From Antedon mediterranea (taxonomy: Eukaryota > Animalia > Echinodermata), in contig NC_092678.1 of NCBI RefSeq assembly GCF_964355755.1, positions 10,104,352 through 10,168,351 of the forward strand: a DNA stretch of 64,000 nt. The letters are read 5' to 3'. Made by a program: the position numbers and the translations under genes. Under the pieces are notes generated by a model. It made no database searches. It was not told the origin of the DNA and saw only the letters and a list, made by a program, of their open reading frames with translations. Positions 24,725-39,100 of the stretch are shown in pieces. The stretch's first letter is position 1. Each line of letters begins with the position of its first letter.

Positions 24725-27129
24725 AAAGCTATTCTAGACACTTTGATGTTTTGTGTGAAAAATTTTCTCGAAATGCTCAAAATGGTCTAAAACGTTTTCC
24801 AATACCATTATTAAGCTATTTTGTGCAATTTGATGTTTTTGTGTAACCAAGTTTTTTGAAATGCGATTTGAAGATATTCTGAGGACTTTGGTGTTTTTAT
24901 GTTAAAAAGTTTTTTCGAAAATCACAAAATGGTCTAAAACGTCTCCAAATGCGATTTGAAGATATTCTGAGCACTTTGGTGTTTTTATGTTAAAAAGTTT
25001 TTTGGAAAATCACAAAATGGTCTAAAACGACTCCAAATGCGATTTGAAGCTATCCTGTACACTTTGATGTTTTGTGTGAAAAAGTTTTGTCGAAATGCTC
25101 AAAATGATCTAAAACGTTTTTAAAACGATATTAAGCTATTTTGTGCTCTTTGATGTTTTTGTGTATCCAAGTTTCATCGAAATGAACAAAATGGTCTAAA
25201 ACGTTTTTAAATACCATATTAAGCTGTTTTGTGCACTTTGATGATTTGTGTGAAAAGTTTTAACGAAATGCTCAAAATAGTCTAAAACGGTTTCTAATGT
25301 GATTTTAAGCACTTTGATGTTTTTGTGTAACCAAGTTTTATCGAAATGAACAAAATGGTCTAAAACGTCTCCAAATGCGATTTGAAGCTTTTCCAAGCAC
25401 TTTGCTGTTTTTATATTAGGTTTTTTCGAAAATCACAAAATGGTCTAAAACGTCTCTAAATGCGATTTGAAGGTATTCTGAGCAATTTGGTGTTTTTGTG
25501 TGAAAAGTTTTAACGAAATGCTCAAAATTGTCTAAAACGGTTTCTAATGTGATTTTAAGCACTTTGATGTTTTTGTAAAACCAAGTTTCATCGAAATGCA
25601 CAAAATGGTCTAAAACGTCTCCAAATGCGATTTGAAGCTATTCTGTACACTTTGATGTTTTGTGTGAAAAAAGTTTTGTCGAAATGCACAAAATGGTCTA
25701 AAACGTTTTTAAAACGATATTAAGCTATTTTGTGCTCTTTGATGTTTTTGTGTAACCAAGTTTCATCGAAAATCACAAAATGGTCTAAAACGTCTCAAAA
25801 TGCGATTTGAAGGTATTCTGAGCACTTTGGTGTTTTTGTGTGAAAAGTTTTAACGAAATGCTCAAAATTGTCTAAAACGGTTTCTAATGTGATTTTAAGC
25901 ACTTTGATGTTTTTGTAAAACCAAGTTTCATCGAAATGCACAAAATGGTATAAAATTTTTCCAAATGCGATTTGAAGCTTTTCCAAGCACTTTGCTGTTT
26001 TTATGTTAACAAGTTTTTTCGAAAATCACAAAATGGTCTAAAACGTCTCAAAATGCGATTTGAAGGTATTCTGAGCACTTTGGTGTTTTTGTGTGAAAAG
26101 TTTTAACGAAATGCTCAAAATGGTCTAAAACGGTTTCTAATGTGATTTTAACCACTTTGATGTTTTTGTGTAACCAAGTTTTTTCGAAAATCACAAAATG
26201 GTCTAAAACGTCTCCAAATGCGATTTGAAGCTTTTCTAAGCACTTTGGTGTTTTTATGTTAACAAGTTTTTTCGAAAATCACAAAATGGTCTAAAACGTC
26301 TCCAAATGCGATTTGAAGCTATTCTGTACACTTTGATGTTTTGTGTGAAAAAAGTTTTGTCGAAATGCTCAAAATGGTCTAAAACGTTTTTAAAACGATA
26401 TTAAGCTATTTTGTGCTCTTTGATGTTTTTGTGTAACCAAGTTTTATCGAAATGAACAAAATGTTCTAAAACGTCTCCAAATGCGATTTGAAGGTATTCT
26501 GAGCACTTTGGTGTTTTTGTGTGAAAAGTTTTAACGAAATGCTCAAAATTGTCTAAAACGGTTTCTAATGTGATTTTAAGCACTTTGATGTTTTTGTAAA
26601 ACCAAGTTTCATCGAAATGCACAAAATGGTCTAAAACGTCTCCAAATGCGATTTGAAGCTTTTCCAAGCACTTTGCTGTTTTTATGTTAACAAGCTTTTT
26701 CGAAAATCACAAAATGGTCTAAAACGTCTCCAAATGCGATTTGAAGATATTCTGAGCACTTTGGTGTTTTTATGTTAAAAAGTTTTTTCGAAAATCACAA
26801 AATGGTCTAAAACGTCTCCAAATGCGATTTGAAGCTCTTCTGTACACTTTGATGTTTTGTGTGAAAAAGTTTTGTCAAAATGCTCAAAATGGTCTAAAAC
26901 GTTTTTAAAACGATATTAAGCTATTTTGTGCTCTTTGATGTTTTTGTATAACCAAGTTTTTTCGAAAATCACAAAATTGTCTAAAACGTCTCCAAATGCG
27001 ATTTGAAGATATTCTGAGCACTTTGGTGTTTTTATGTTAAAAAGTTTTTTCGAAAATCACAAAATGGTCTAAAACGTCTCCAAATGCGATTTGAAGATAT
27101 TCTGAGCACTTTGGTGTTTTTATGTTAAA

Positions 27130-30100
27130 AAGTTTTTTCGAAAATCACAAAATGGTCTAAAACGTCTCCAAATGCGATTTGAAGCTATTCTGTACACTTT
27201 GATGTTTTGTGTGAAAAAGTTTTGTCGAAATGCTCAAAATGGTTTAAAACGTTTTTAAAACGATATTAAGCTATTTTGTGCTCTTTGATGTTTTTGTGTA
27301 ACCAAGTTTTTTTCGAAAATCACAAAATGGTCTAAAACGTCTCCAAATGCGATTTGAAGCTTTTCTAAACACTTTGGTGTTTTTATGTTAACAAGTTTTT
27401 TCGAAAATCGCAAAATGGTCTAAAACGTCTCAAAATGCGATTTGAAGGTATTCTGAGCACTTTGGTGTTTTTGTGTGAAAAGTTTTAACGAAATGCTCAA
27501 AATGGTCTAAAACGGTTTCTAATGTGATTTTAACCACTTTGATGTTTTTGTGTAACCAAGTTCTTTTCGAAAATCACAAAATGGTCTAAAACGTCTCCAA
27601 ATGCGATTTGAAGCTTTTCTAAGCACTTTGGTGTTTTTATGTTAACAAGTTTTTTCGAAAATCACAAAATGGTCTAAAACGTCTCAAAATGCGATTTGAA
27701 GGTATTCTGAGCACTTTGGTGTTTTTGTGTGAAAAGTTTTAACGAAATGCTCAAAATGGTCTAAAACGGTTTCTAATGTGATTTTAACCACTTTGATGTT
27801 TTTGTGTAACCAAGTTTTATCGAAATGAACAAAATGTTCTAAAACGTCTCCAAATGCGATTTGAAGCTTTTCCAAGCACTTTGCTGTTTTTATGTTAAGT
27901 TTTTTCGAAAATCACAAAATGGTCTAAAACGTCTCTAAATGCGATTTGAAGGTATTCTGAGCACTTTGGTGTTTTTGTGTGAAAAGTTTTAACGAAATGC
28001 TCAAAATTGTCTAAAACGGTTTCTAATGTGATTTTAAGCACTTTGATGTTTTTGTAAAACCAAGTATCATCGAAATGCACAAAATGGTCTAAAACGTCTC
28101 CAAATGCGATTTGAAGCTTTTCCAAGCACTTTGCTGTTTTTATGTTAACAAGCTTTTTCGAAAATCACAAAATGGTCTAAAACGTCTCCAAATGCGATTT
28201 GAAGATATTCTGAGCACTTTGGTGTTTTTATGTTAAAAAGTTTTTTCGAAAATCACAAAATGGTCTAAAACGTCTCCAAATGCGATTTGAAGCTCTTCTG
28301 TACACTTTGATGTTTTGTGTGAAAAAGTTTTGTCAAAATGCTCAAAATGGTCTAAAACGTTTTTAAAACGATATTAAGCTATTTTGTGCTCTTTGATGTT
28401 TTTGTATAACCAAGTTTTTTCGAAAATCACAAAATTGTCTAAAACGTCTCCAAATGCGATTTGAAGATATTCTGAGCACTTTGGTGTTTTTATGTTAAAA
28501 AGTTTTTTCGAAAATCACAAAATGGTCTAAAACGTCTCCAAATGCGATTTGAAGATATTCTGAGCACTTTGGTGTTTTTATGTTAAAAAGTTTTTTCGAA
28601 AATCACAAAATGGTCTAAAACGTCTCCAAATGCGATTTGAAGCTATTCTGTACACTTTGATGTTTTGTGTGAAAAAGTTTTGTCGAAATGCTCAAAATGG
28701 TTTAAAACGTTTTTAAAACGATATTAAGCTATTTTGTGCTCTTTGATGTTTTTGTATAACCAAGTTTCATCGAAATGCACAAAATGGTCTAAAACGTCTC
28801 CAAATACGATTTGAAGCTTTTCCAAGCACTTTGCGGTTTTTATGTTAACAAGTTTTTTCGAAAATCACAAAATTGTCTAAAACGTCTCAAAATGCGATTT
28901 GAAGGTATTCTGAGCACTTTGGTGTTTTTGTGTGAAAAGTTTTAACGAAAAGCTCAAAATGGTCTAAAACGGTTCTAATGTGATTTTAAGCACTTTGATG
29001 TTTTTGTACAACCAAGTTTCATCGAAATGCTCAAAATGGTCTAAAACGTTTTTAAAACGATATTAAGCTATTTTGTGCTCTTTGATGTTTTTGTGTAACC
29101 AAGTTTTTTTCGAAAATCACAAAATGGTCTAAAACGTCTCCAAATGCGATTTGAAGCTTTTCTAAGCACTTTGGTGTTTTTATGTTAACAAGTTTTTTCG
29201 AAAATCGCAAAATGGTCTAAAACGTCTCAAAATGCGATTTGAAGGTATTCTGAGCACTTTGGTGTTTTTGTGTGAAAAGTTTTAACGAAATGCTCAAAAT
29301 GGTCTAAAACGGTTTCTAATGTGATTTTAACCACTTTGATGTTTTTGTGTAACCAAGTTCTTTTCGAAAATCACAAAATGGTCTAAAACGTCTCCAAATG
29401 CGATTTGAAGCTTTTCTAAGCACTTTGGTGTTTTTATGTTAACAAGTTTTTTCGAAAATCACAAAATGGTCTAAAACGTCTCAAAATGCGATTTGAAGGT
29501 ATTCTGAGCACTTTGGTGTTTTTGTGTGAAAAGTTTTAACGAAATGCTCAAAATGGTCTAAAACGGTTTCTAATGTGATTTTAACCACTTTGATGTTTTT
29601 GTGTAACCAAGTTTTTTCGAAAATCACAAAATGGTCTAAAACGTCTCCAAATGCGATTTGAAGCTTTTCTAAGCACTTTGGTGTTTTTATGTTAACAAGT
29701 TTTTTCGAAAATCACAAAATGGTCTAAAACGTCTCCAAATGCGATTTGAAGCTATTCTGTACACTTTGATGTTTTGTGTGAAAAAAGTTTTGTCGAAATG
29801 CTCAAAATGGTCTAAAACGTTTTTAAAACGATATTAAGCTATTTTGTGCTCTTTGATGTTTTTGTGTAACCAAGTTTTATCGAAATGAACAAAATGTTCT
29901 AAAACGTCTCCAAATGCGATTTGAAGCTTTTCCAAGCACTTTGCTGTTTTTATGTTAAGTTTTTTCGAAAATCACAAAATGGTCTAAAACGTCTCTAAAT
30001 GCGATTTGAAGGTATTCTGAGCACTTTGGTGTTTTTGTGTGAAAAGTTTTAACGAAATGCTCAAAATTGTCTAAAACGGTTTCTAATGTGATTTTAAGCA

Positions 30101-33100
30101 CTTTGATGTTTTTGTAAAACCAAGTTTCATCGAAATGCACAAAATGGTCTAAAACGTCTCCAAATGCGATTTGAAGCTTTTCCAAGCACTTTGCTGTTTT
30201 TATGTTAACAAGCTTTTTCGAAAATCACAAAATGGTCTAAAACGTCTCCAAATGCGATTTGAAGCTATTCTGTACACTTTGATGTTTTGTGTGAAAAAGT
30301 TTTGTCGAAATGCTCAAAATGGTTTAAAACGTTTTTAAAACGATATTAAGTTATTTTGTGCTCTTTGATGTTTTTGTGTAACCAAGTTTCATCGAAATGA
30401 ACAAAATGGTCTAAAACGTCTCCAAATGCGATTTGAAGCTTTTCCAAGCACTTTGCTGTTTTTATGTTAACAAGTTTTTTCGAAAATCACAAAATGGTGT
30501 AAAACGTCTCAAAATGCGATTTGAAGGTATTCTGAGCACTTTGGTGTTTTTGTGTGAAAAGTTTTAACGAAATGCTCAAAATGGTCTAAAACGTCTCCAA
30601 ATGCGATTTGAAGCTCTTCTGTACACTTTGATGTTTTGTGTGAAAAAGTTTTCTCGAAATGCTCAAAATGGTCTAAAACGTTTTCCAATACCATATTAAG
30701 CTATTTTGTGCAATTTGATGTTTTTATGTAACCAAGTTTTTTGAAATGCGATTTGAAGATATTCTGAGCACTTTGGTGTTTTTATGTTAAAAAGTTTTTT
30801 CGAAAATCACAAAATGGTCTAAAACGTCTCCAAATGCGAGTTGAAGCTATGCTGTACACTTTGATGTTTTGTGTGAAAAAGTTTTGTCGAAATGCTCAAA
30901 ATGGTCTAAAACGTTTTTAAAACGATATTAAGCTATTTTGTGCTCTTTGATGTTTTTGTGTAACCAAGTTTTTTCGAAAATCACAAAATGGTCTAAAACG
31001 TCTCCAAATGCGATTTGAAGCTTTTCTAAGCACTTTGGTGTTTTTATGTTAACAAGTTTTTTCGCAAATCACAAAATGGTCAAAAACGTTTCCAAATGCG
31101 ATTTGAAGCTCTTCTGTACACTTTGATGTTTTGTGTGAAAAATTTTTTTCGAAATGCTCAAAATGGTCTAAAACGTTTTTAAATACGATATTAAGCTGTT
31201 TTGTGCACTTTGATGGTTTGTGTGAAAAGTTTTAACGAAATGCTCAAAATGGTCAAAAACGGTTTCTAATGTGATTTTAAGCACTTTGATGTTTTTGTGT
31301 AACCAAGTTTTTTCGAAAATCACAAATTGGTCTAAAACGTCTCCAAATGCGATTTGAAGCTTTTCTAAACACTTTGGTGCTTTTATGTTAACAAGTTTTT
31401 TCGAAAATCACAAAATGGTCTAAAACGTCTCCAAATGCGATTTGAAGCTTTTCTAAACACTTTGGTGTTTTTATGTTAACAAGTTTTTTCGAAAATCACA
31501 AAATGGTCTAAAACGTCTTCAAATGCGATTTGAAGATATTCTGAGCACTTTGGTGTTTTTCTGTTAAAAAGTTTTTTCGAAAATCACAAAATGGTCTAAA
31601 ACGTCTCCAAATGCGATTTGAAGCTCTTCTGTACACTTTGATGTTTTGTGTGAAAAAGTTTTCTCGAAATGCTCAAAATGGTCTAAAACGTTTTCCAATA
31701 CCATATTAAGCTATTTTGTGCAATTTGATGTTTTTATGTAACCAAGTTTTTTGAAATGCGATTTGAAGATATTCTGAGCACTTTGGTGTTTTTATGTTAA
31801 AAAGTTTTTTCGAAAATCACAAAATGGTCTAAAACGTCTCCAAATGCGATTTGAAGATATTCTGAGCACTTTGGTGTTTTTATGTTAAAAAGTTTTTTCG
31901 AAAATCACAAAATGGTCTAAAACGTCTCCAAATGCGATTTGAAGCTATTCTGTACACTTTGATGTTTTGTGTGAAAAAGTTTTGTCGAAATGCTCAAAAT
32001 GGTCTAAAACGTTTTTAAAACGATATTAAGCTATTTTGTGCTCTTTGATGTTTTTGTGTAACCAAGTTTTTTCGAAAATCACAAAATGGTCTAAAACGTC
32101 TCCAAATGCGATTTGAAGCTTTTCTAAGCACTTTGGTGTTTTTATGTTAACAAGTTTTTTCGAAAATCACAAAATGGTCTAAAACGTCTCAAAATGCGAT
32201 TTGAAGGTATTCTGAGCACTTTGGTGTTTTTGTGTGAAAAGTTTTAACGAAATGCTCAAAATGGTCTAAAACGGTTTCTAATGTGATTTTAAGCACTTTG
32301 ATGTTTTTGTGTAACCAAGTTTTTTCGAAAATCACAAAATGGTCTAAAACGTCTCCAAATGCGATTTGAAGCTATTCTGTACACTTTGATGTTTTGTGTG
32401 AAAAAAGTTTTGTCGAAATGCTCAAAATGGTCTAAAACGTTTTTAAAACGATATTGAGCTATTTTGTGCTCTTTGATGTTTTTGTGTAACCAAGTTTTAT
32501 CGAAATGAACAAAATGGTCTAAAACGTCTCCAAATGCGATTTGAAGCTTTTCCAAGCACTTTGCTGTTTTTATATTAAGTTTTTTCGAAAATCACAAAAT
32601 GGTCTAAAACGTCTCTAAATGCGATTTGAAGGTATTCTGAGCAATTTGGTGTTTTTGTGTGAAAAGTTTTAACGAAATGCTCAAAATTGTCTAAAACGGT
32701 TTCTAATGTGATTTTAAGCACTTTGATGTTTTTGTAAAACCAAGTTTCATCGAAATGCGATTTGAAGCTTTTCCAAGCACTTTGCTGTTTTTATGTTAAC
32801 AAGCTTTTTCGAAAATCACAAAATGGTCTAAAACGTCTCCAAATGCGATTTGAAGATATTCTGAGCACTTTGGTGTTTTTATGTTAAAAAGTTTTTTCGA
32901 AAATCACAAAATGGTCTAAAACGTCTCCAAATGCGATTTGAAGATATTCTAAGCACTTTGGTGTTTTTATGTTAACAAGTTTTTTCGAAAATCACAAAAT
33001 GGTCTAAAACGTCTCCAAATGCGATTTGAAGATATTCTGAGCACTTTGGTGTTTTTCTGTTAAAAAGTATTTTCGAAAATCACAAAATGGTCCAAAACGT

Positions 33101-36100
33101 CTCCAAATGCAATTTGAAGCTATTCTGTACACTTTGATGTTTTGTGTGAAAAAGTTTTGTCAAAATGCTCAAAATGGTCTAAAACGTTTTTAAAACGATA
33201 TTAAGCTATTTTGTGCTCTTTGATGTTTTTGTATAACCAAGTTTTTTCGAAAATCACAAAATGGTCTACAACGTCTCCAAATGCGATTTGAAGCTTTTCT
33301 AAACACTTTGGTGTTTTTATGTTAACAAGTTTTTTCGAAAATCACAAAATGGTCTAAAACGTCTCCAAATCCGATTTGAAGCTATTCTGTACACTTTGAT
33401 GTTTTGTGTGAAAAAGTTTTGTCGAAATGCTCAAAATGGTCCAAAACGTTTTTAAAACGATATTAAGCTATTTTGTGCTCTTTGATGTTTTTGTGTAACC
33501 AAGTTTCATCGATATGAACAAAATGGTCTAAAACGTCTCAAAATGCGATTTGAAGGTATTCTGAGCACTTTGGTGTTTTTGGGTGAAAAGTTTTAACGAA
33601 ATGCTCAAAATGGTCTAAAACGGTTTCTAATGTGATTTTAAGCACTTTGAAGTATTTGTAAAAACAAGTTTCATCGAAATGCACAAAATAGTCTAAAACG
33701 TCTCCAAATGCGATTTGAAGCTTTTCTAAGCACTTTGGTGTTTTTATGTTAACAAGTTTTTTCGAAAATCACAAAATGGTCTAAAACGTCTCCAAATGCG
33801 ATTTGAAGATATTCTGAGCACTTTGGTGTTTTTATGTTAAAAAGTATTTTCGAAAATCACAAAATGGTCTAAAACGTCTCCAAATGCGATTTGAAACTCT
33901 TCTGTACACTTTGATGTTTTGTGTGAAAAAGTTAAGTCGAAATGCTCAAAATGGTCTAAAACGTTTTTAAAACGATATTAAGCTATTTTGTGCTCTTTGA
34001 TGTTTTTGTGTAACCAAGTTTCATCGAAAATCACAAAATGGTCTAAAACGTCTCCAAATGCGATTTGAAGCTTTTCCAAGCACTTTGCTGTTTTTATGTT
34101 AACAAGTTTTTTCGAAAATCACAAAATGGTCTAAAACGTCTCAAAATACGATATTAAGCTGTTTTGTGCACTTTGATGATTTGTGTGAAAAGTTTTAACG
34201 AAATGCTCAAAATGGTCTAAAACGGTTTCTAATGTGATTTTAAGCACTTTGATGTTTTTATGTAGCCAAGTTTTTTCGAAAATCACAAAATGGTCAAAAA
34301 CGTCTCCAAATGCGATTTGAAGCTTTTCTAAGCACTTTGGTGTTTTTATGTTAACAAGTTTTTTCGAAAATCACAAAATGGTCTAAAACGTCTCCAAATG
34401 CAATTTGAAGCTATTCTGTACACTTTGATGTTTTGTGTGAAAAAGTTTTGTCAAAATGCTCAAAATGGTCTAAAACGTTTTTAAAACGATATTAAGCTAT
34501 TTTGTGCTCTTTGATGTTTTTGTATAACCAAGTTTTTTCGAAAATCACAAAATGGTCTAAAACGTCTCCAAATGCGATTTGAAGCTATTCTGTACACTTT
34601 GATGTTTTGTGTGAAAAAGTTTTGTCGAAATGCTCAAAATGGTTTAAAACGTTTTTAAAACGATATTAAGCTATTTTGTGCTCTTTGATGTTTTTGTGTA
34701 ACCAAGTTTTTTTCGAAAATCACAAAATGGTCTAAAACGTCTCCAAATGCGATTTGAAGCTTTTCTAAGCACTTTGGTGTTTTTATGTTAACAAGTTTTT
34801 TCGAAAATCGCAAAATGGTCTAAAACGTCTCAAAATGCGATTTGAAGGTATTCTGAGCACTTTGGTGTTTTTGTGTGAAAAGTTTTAACGAAATGCTCAA
34901 AATGGTCTAAAACGGTTTCTAATGTGATTTTAACCACTTTGATGTTTTTGTGTAACCAAGTTCTTTTCGAAAATCACAAAATGGTCTAAAACGTCTCCAA
35001 ATGCGATTTGAAGCTTTTCTAAGCACTTTGGTGTTTTTATGTTAACAAGTTTTTTCGAAAATCACAAAATGGTCTAAAACGTCTCAAAATGCGATTTGAA
35101 GGTATTCTGAGCACTTTGGTGTTTTTGTGTGAAAAGTTTTAACGAAATGCTCAAAATGGTCTAAAACGGTTTCTAATGTGATTTTAACCACTTTGATGTT
35201 TTTGTGTAACCAAGTTTTATCGAAATGAACAAAATGTTCTAAAACGTCTCCAAATGCGATTTGAAGCTTTTCCAAGCACTTTGCTGTTTTTATGTTAAGT
35301 TTTTTCGAAAATCACAAAATGGTCTAAAACGTCTCTAAATGCGATTTGAAGGTATTCTGAGCACTTTGGTGTTTTTGTGTGAAAAGTTTTAACGAAATGC
35401 TCAAAATTGTCTAAAACGGTTTCTAATGTGATTTTAAGCACTTTGATGTTTTTGTAAAACCAAGTTTCATCGAAATGCACAAAATGGTCTAAAACGTCTC
35501 CAAATGCGATTTGAAGCTTTTCCAAGCACTTTGCTGTTTTTATGTTAACAAGCTTTTTCGAAAATCACAAAATGGTCTAAAACGTCTCCAAATGCGATTT
35601 GAAGATATTCTGAGCACTTTGGTGTTTTTATGTTAAAAAGTTTTTTCGAAAATCACAAAATGGTCTAAAACGTCTCCAAATGCGATTTGAAGCTCTTCTG
35701 TACACTTTGATGTTTTGTGTGAAAAAGTTTTGTCAAAATGCTCAAAATGGTCTAAAACGTTTTTAAAACGATATTAAGCTATTTTGTGCTCTTTGATGTT
35801 TTTGTATAACCAAGTTTTTTCGAAAATCACAAAATTGTCTAAAACGTCTCCAAATGCGATTTGAAGATATTCTGAGCACTTTGGTGTTTTTATGTTAAAA
35901 AGTTTTTTCGAAAATCACAAAATGGTCTAAAACGTCTCCAAATGCGATTTGAAGATATTCTGAGCACTTTGGTGTTTTTATGTTAAAAAGTTTTTTCGAA
36001 AATCACAAAATGGTCTAAAACGTCTCCAAATGCGATTTGAAGCTATTCTGTACACTTTGATGTTTTGTGTGAAAAAGTTTTGTCGAAATGCTCAAAATGG

Positions 36101-39100
36101 TTTAAAACGTTTTTAAAACGATATTAAGCTATTTTGTGCTCTTTGATGTTTTTGTATAACCAAGTTTCATCGAAATGCACAAAATGGTCTAAAACGTCTC
36201 CAAATACGATTTGAAGCTTTTCCAAGCACTTTGCGGTTTTTATGTTAACAAGTTTTTTCGAAAATCACAAAATTGTCTAAAACGTCTCAAAATGCGATTT
36301 GAAGGTATTCTGAGCACTTTGGTGTTTTTGTGTGAAAAGTTTTAACGAAAAGCTCAAAATGGTCTAAAACGGTTCTAATGTGATTTTAAGCACTTTGATG
36401 TTTTTGTACAACCAAGTTTCATCGAAATGCTCAAAATGGTCTAAAACGTTTTTAAAACGATATTAAGCTATTTTGTGCTCTTTGATGTTTTTGTGTAACC
36501 AAGTTTTTTTCGAAAATCACAAAATGGTCTAAAACGTCTCCAAATGCGATTTGAAGCTTTTCTAAGCACTTTGGTGTTTTTATGTTAACAAGTTTTTTCG
36601 AAAATCGCAAAATGGTCTAAAACGTCTCAAAATGCGATTTGAAGGTATTCTGAGCACTTTGGTGTTTTTGTGTGAAAAGTTTTAACGAAATGCTCAAAAT
36701 GGTCTAAAACGGTTTCTAATGTGATTTTAACCACTTTGATGTTTTTGTGTAACCAAGTTCTTTTCGAAAATCACAAAATGGTCTAAAACGTCTCCAAATG
36801 CGATTTGAAGCTTTTCTAAGCACTTTGGTGTTTTTATGTTAACAAGTTTTTTCGAAAATCACAAAATGGTCTAAAACGTCTCAAAATGCGATTTGAAGGT
36901 ATTCTGAGCACTTTGGTGTTTTTGTGTGAAAAGTTTTAACGAAATGCTCAAAATGGTCTAAAACGGTTTCTAATGTGATTTTAACCACTTTGATGTTTTT
37001 GTGTAACCAAGTTTTTTCGAAAATCACAAAATGGTCTAAAACGTCTCCAAATGCGATTTGAAGCTTTTCTAAGCACTTTGGTGTTTTTATGTTAACAAGT
37101 TTTTTCGAAAATCACAAAATGGTCTAAAACGTCTCCAAATGCGATTTGAAGCTATTCTGTACACTTTGATGTTTTGTGTGAAAAAAGTTTTGTCGAAATG
37201 CTCAAAATGGTCTAAAACGTTTTTAAAACGATATTAAGCTATTTTGTGCTCTTTGATGTTTTTGTGTAACCAAGTTTTATCGAAATGAACAAAATGTTCT
37301 AAAACGTCTCCAAATGCGATTTGAAGCTTTTCCAAGCACTTTGCTGTTTTTATGTTAAGTTTTTTCGAAAATCACAAAATGGTCTAAAACGTCTCTAAAT
37401 GCGATTTGAAGGTATTCTGAGCACTTTGGTGTTTTTGTGTGAAAAGTTTTAACGAAATGCTCAAAATTGTCTAAAACGGTTTCTAATGTGATTTTAAGCA
37501 CTTTGATGTTTTTGTAAAACCAAGTTTCATCGAAATGCACAAAATGGTCTAAAACGTCTCCAAATGCGATTTGAAGCTTTTCCAAGCACTTTGCTGTTTT
37601 TATGTTAACAAGCTTTTTCGAAAATCACAAAATGGTCTAAAACGTCTCCAAATGCGATTTGAAGCTATTCTGTACACTTTGATGTTTTGTGTGAAAAAGT
37701 TTTGTCGAAATGCTCAAAATGGTTTAAAACGTTTTTAAAACGATATTAAGTTATTTTGTGCTCTTTGATGTTTTTGTGTAACCAAGTTTCATCGAAATGA
37801 ACAAAATGGTCTAAAACGTCTCCAAATGCGATTTGAAGCTTTTCCAAGCACTTTGCTGTTTTTATGTTAACAAGTTTTTTCGAAAATCACAAAATGGTGT
37901 AAAACGTCTCAAAATGCGATTTGAAGGTATTCTGAGCACTTTGGTGTTTTTGTGTGAAAAGTTTTAACGAAATGCTCAAAATGGTCTAAAACGTCTCCAA
38001 ATGCGATTTGAAGCTCTTCTGTACACTTTGATGTTTTGTGTGAAAAAGTTTTCTCGAAATGCTCAAAATGGTCTAAAACGTTTTCCAATACCATATTAAG
38101 CTATTTTGTGCAATTTGATGTTTTTATGTAACCAAGTTTTTTGAAATGCGATTTGAAGATATTCTGAGCACTTTGGTGTTTTTATGTTAAAAAGTTTTTT
38201 CGAAAATCACAAAATGGTCTAAAACGTCTCCAAATGCGAGTTGAAGCTATGCTGTACACTTTGATGTTTTGTGTGAAAAAGTTTTGTCGAAATGCTCAAA
38301 ATGGTCTAAAACGTTTTTAAAACGATATTAAGCTATTTTGTGCTCTTTGATGTTTTTGTGTAACCAAGTTTTTTCGAAAATCACAAAATGGTCTAAAACG
38401 TCTCCAAATGCGATTTGAAGCTTTTCTAAGCACTTTGGTGTTTTTATGTTAACAAGTTTTTTCGCAAATCACAAAATGGTCAAAAACGTTTCCAAATGCG
38501 ATTTGAAGCTCTTCTGTACACTTTGATGTTTTGTGTGAAAAATTTTTTTCGAAATGCTCAAAATGGTCTAAAACGTTTTTAAATACGATATTAAGCTGTT
38601 TTGTGCACTTTGATGGTTTGTGTGAAAAGTTTTAACGAAATGCTCAAAATGGTCAAAAACGGTTTCTAATGTGATTTTAAGCACTTTGATGTTTTTGTGT
38701 AACCAAGTTTTTTCGAAAATCACAAATTGGTCTAAAACGTCTCCAAATGCGATTTGAAGCTTTTCTAAACACTTTGGTGCTTTTATGTTAACAAGTTTTT
38801 TCGAAAATCACAAAATGGTCTAAAACGTCTCCAAATGCGATTTGAAGCTTTTCTAAACACTTTGGTGTTTTTATGTTAACAAGTTTTTTCGAAAATCACA
38901 AAATGGTCTAAAACGTCTTCAAATGCGATTTGAAGATATTCTGAGCACTTTGGTGTTTTTCTGTTAAAAAGTTTTTTCGAAAATCACAAAATGGTCTAAA
39001 ACGTCTCCAAATGCGATTTGAAGCTCTTCTGTACACTTTGATGTTTTGTGTGAAAAAGTTTTCTCGAAATGCTCAAAATGGTCTAAAACGTTTTCCAATA

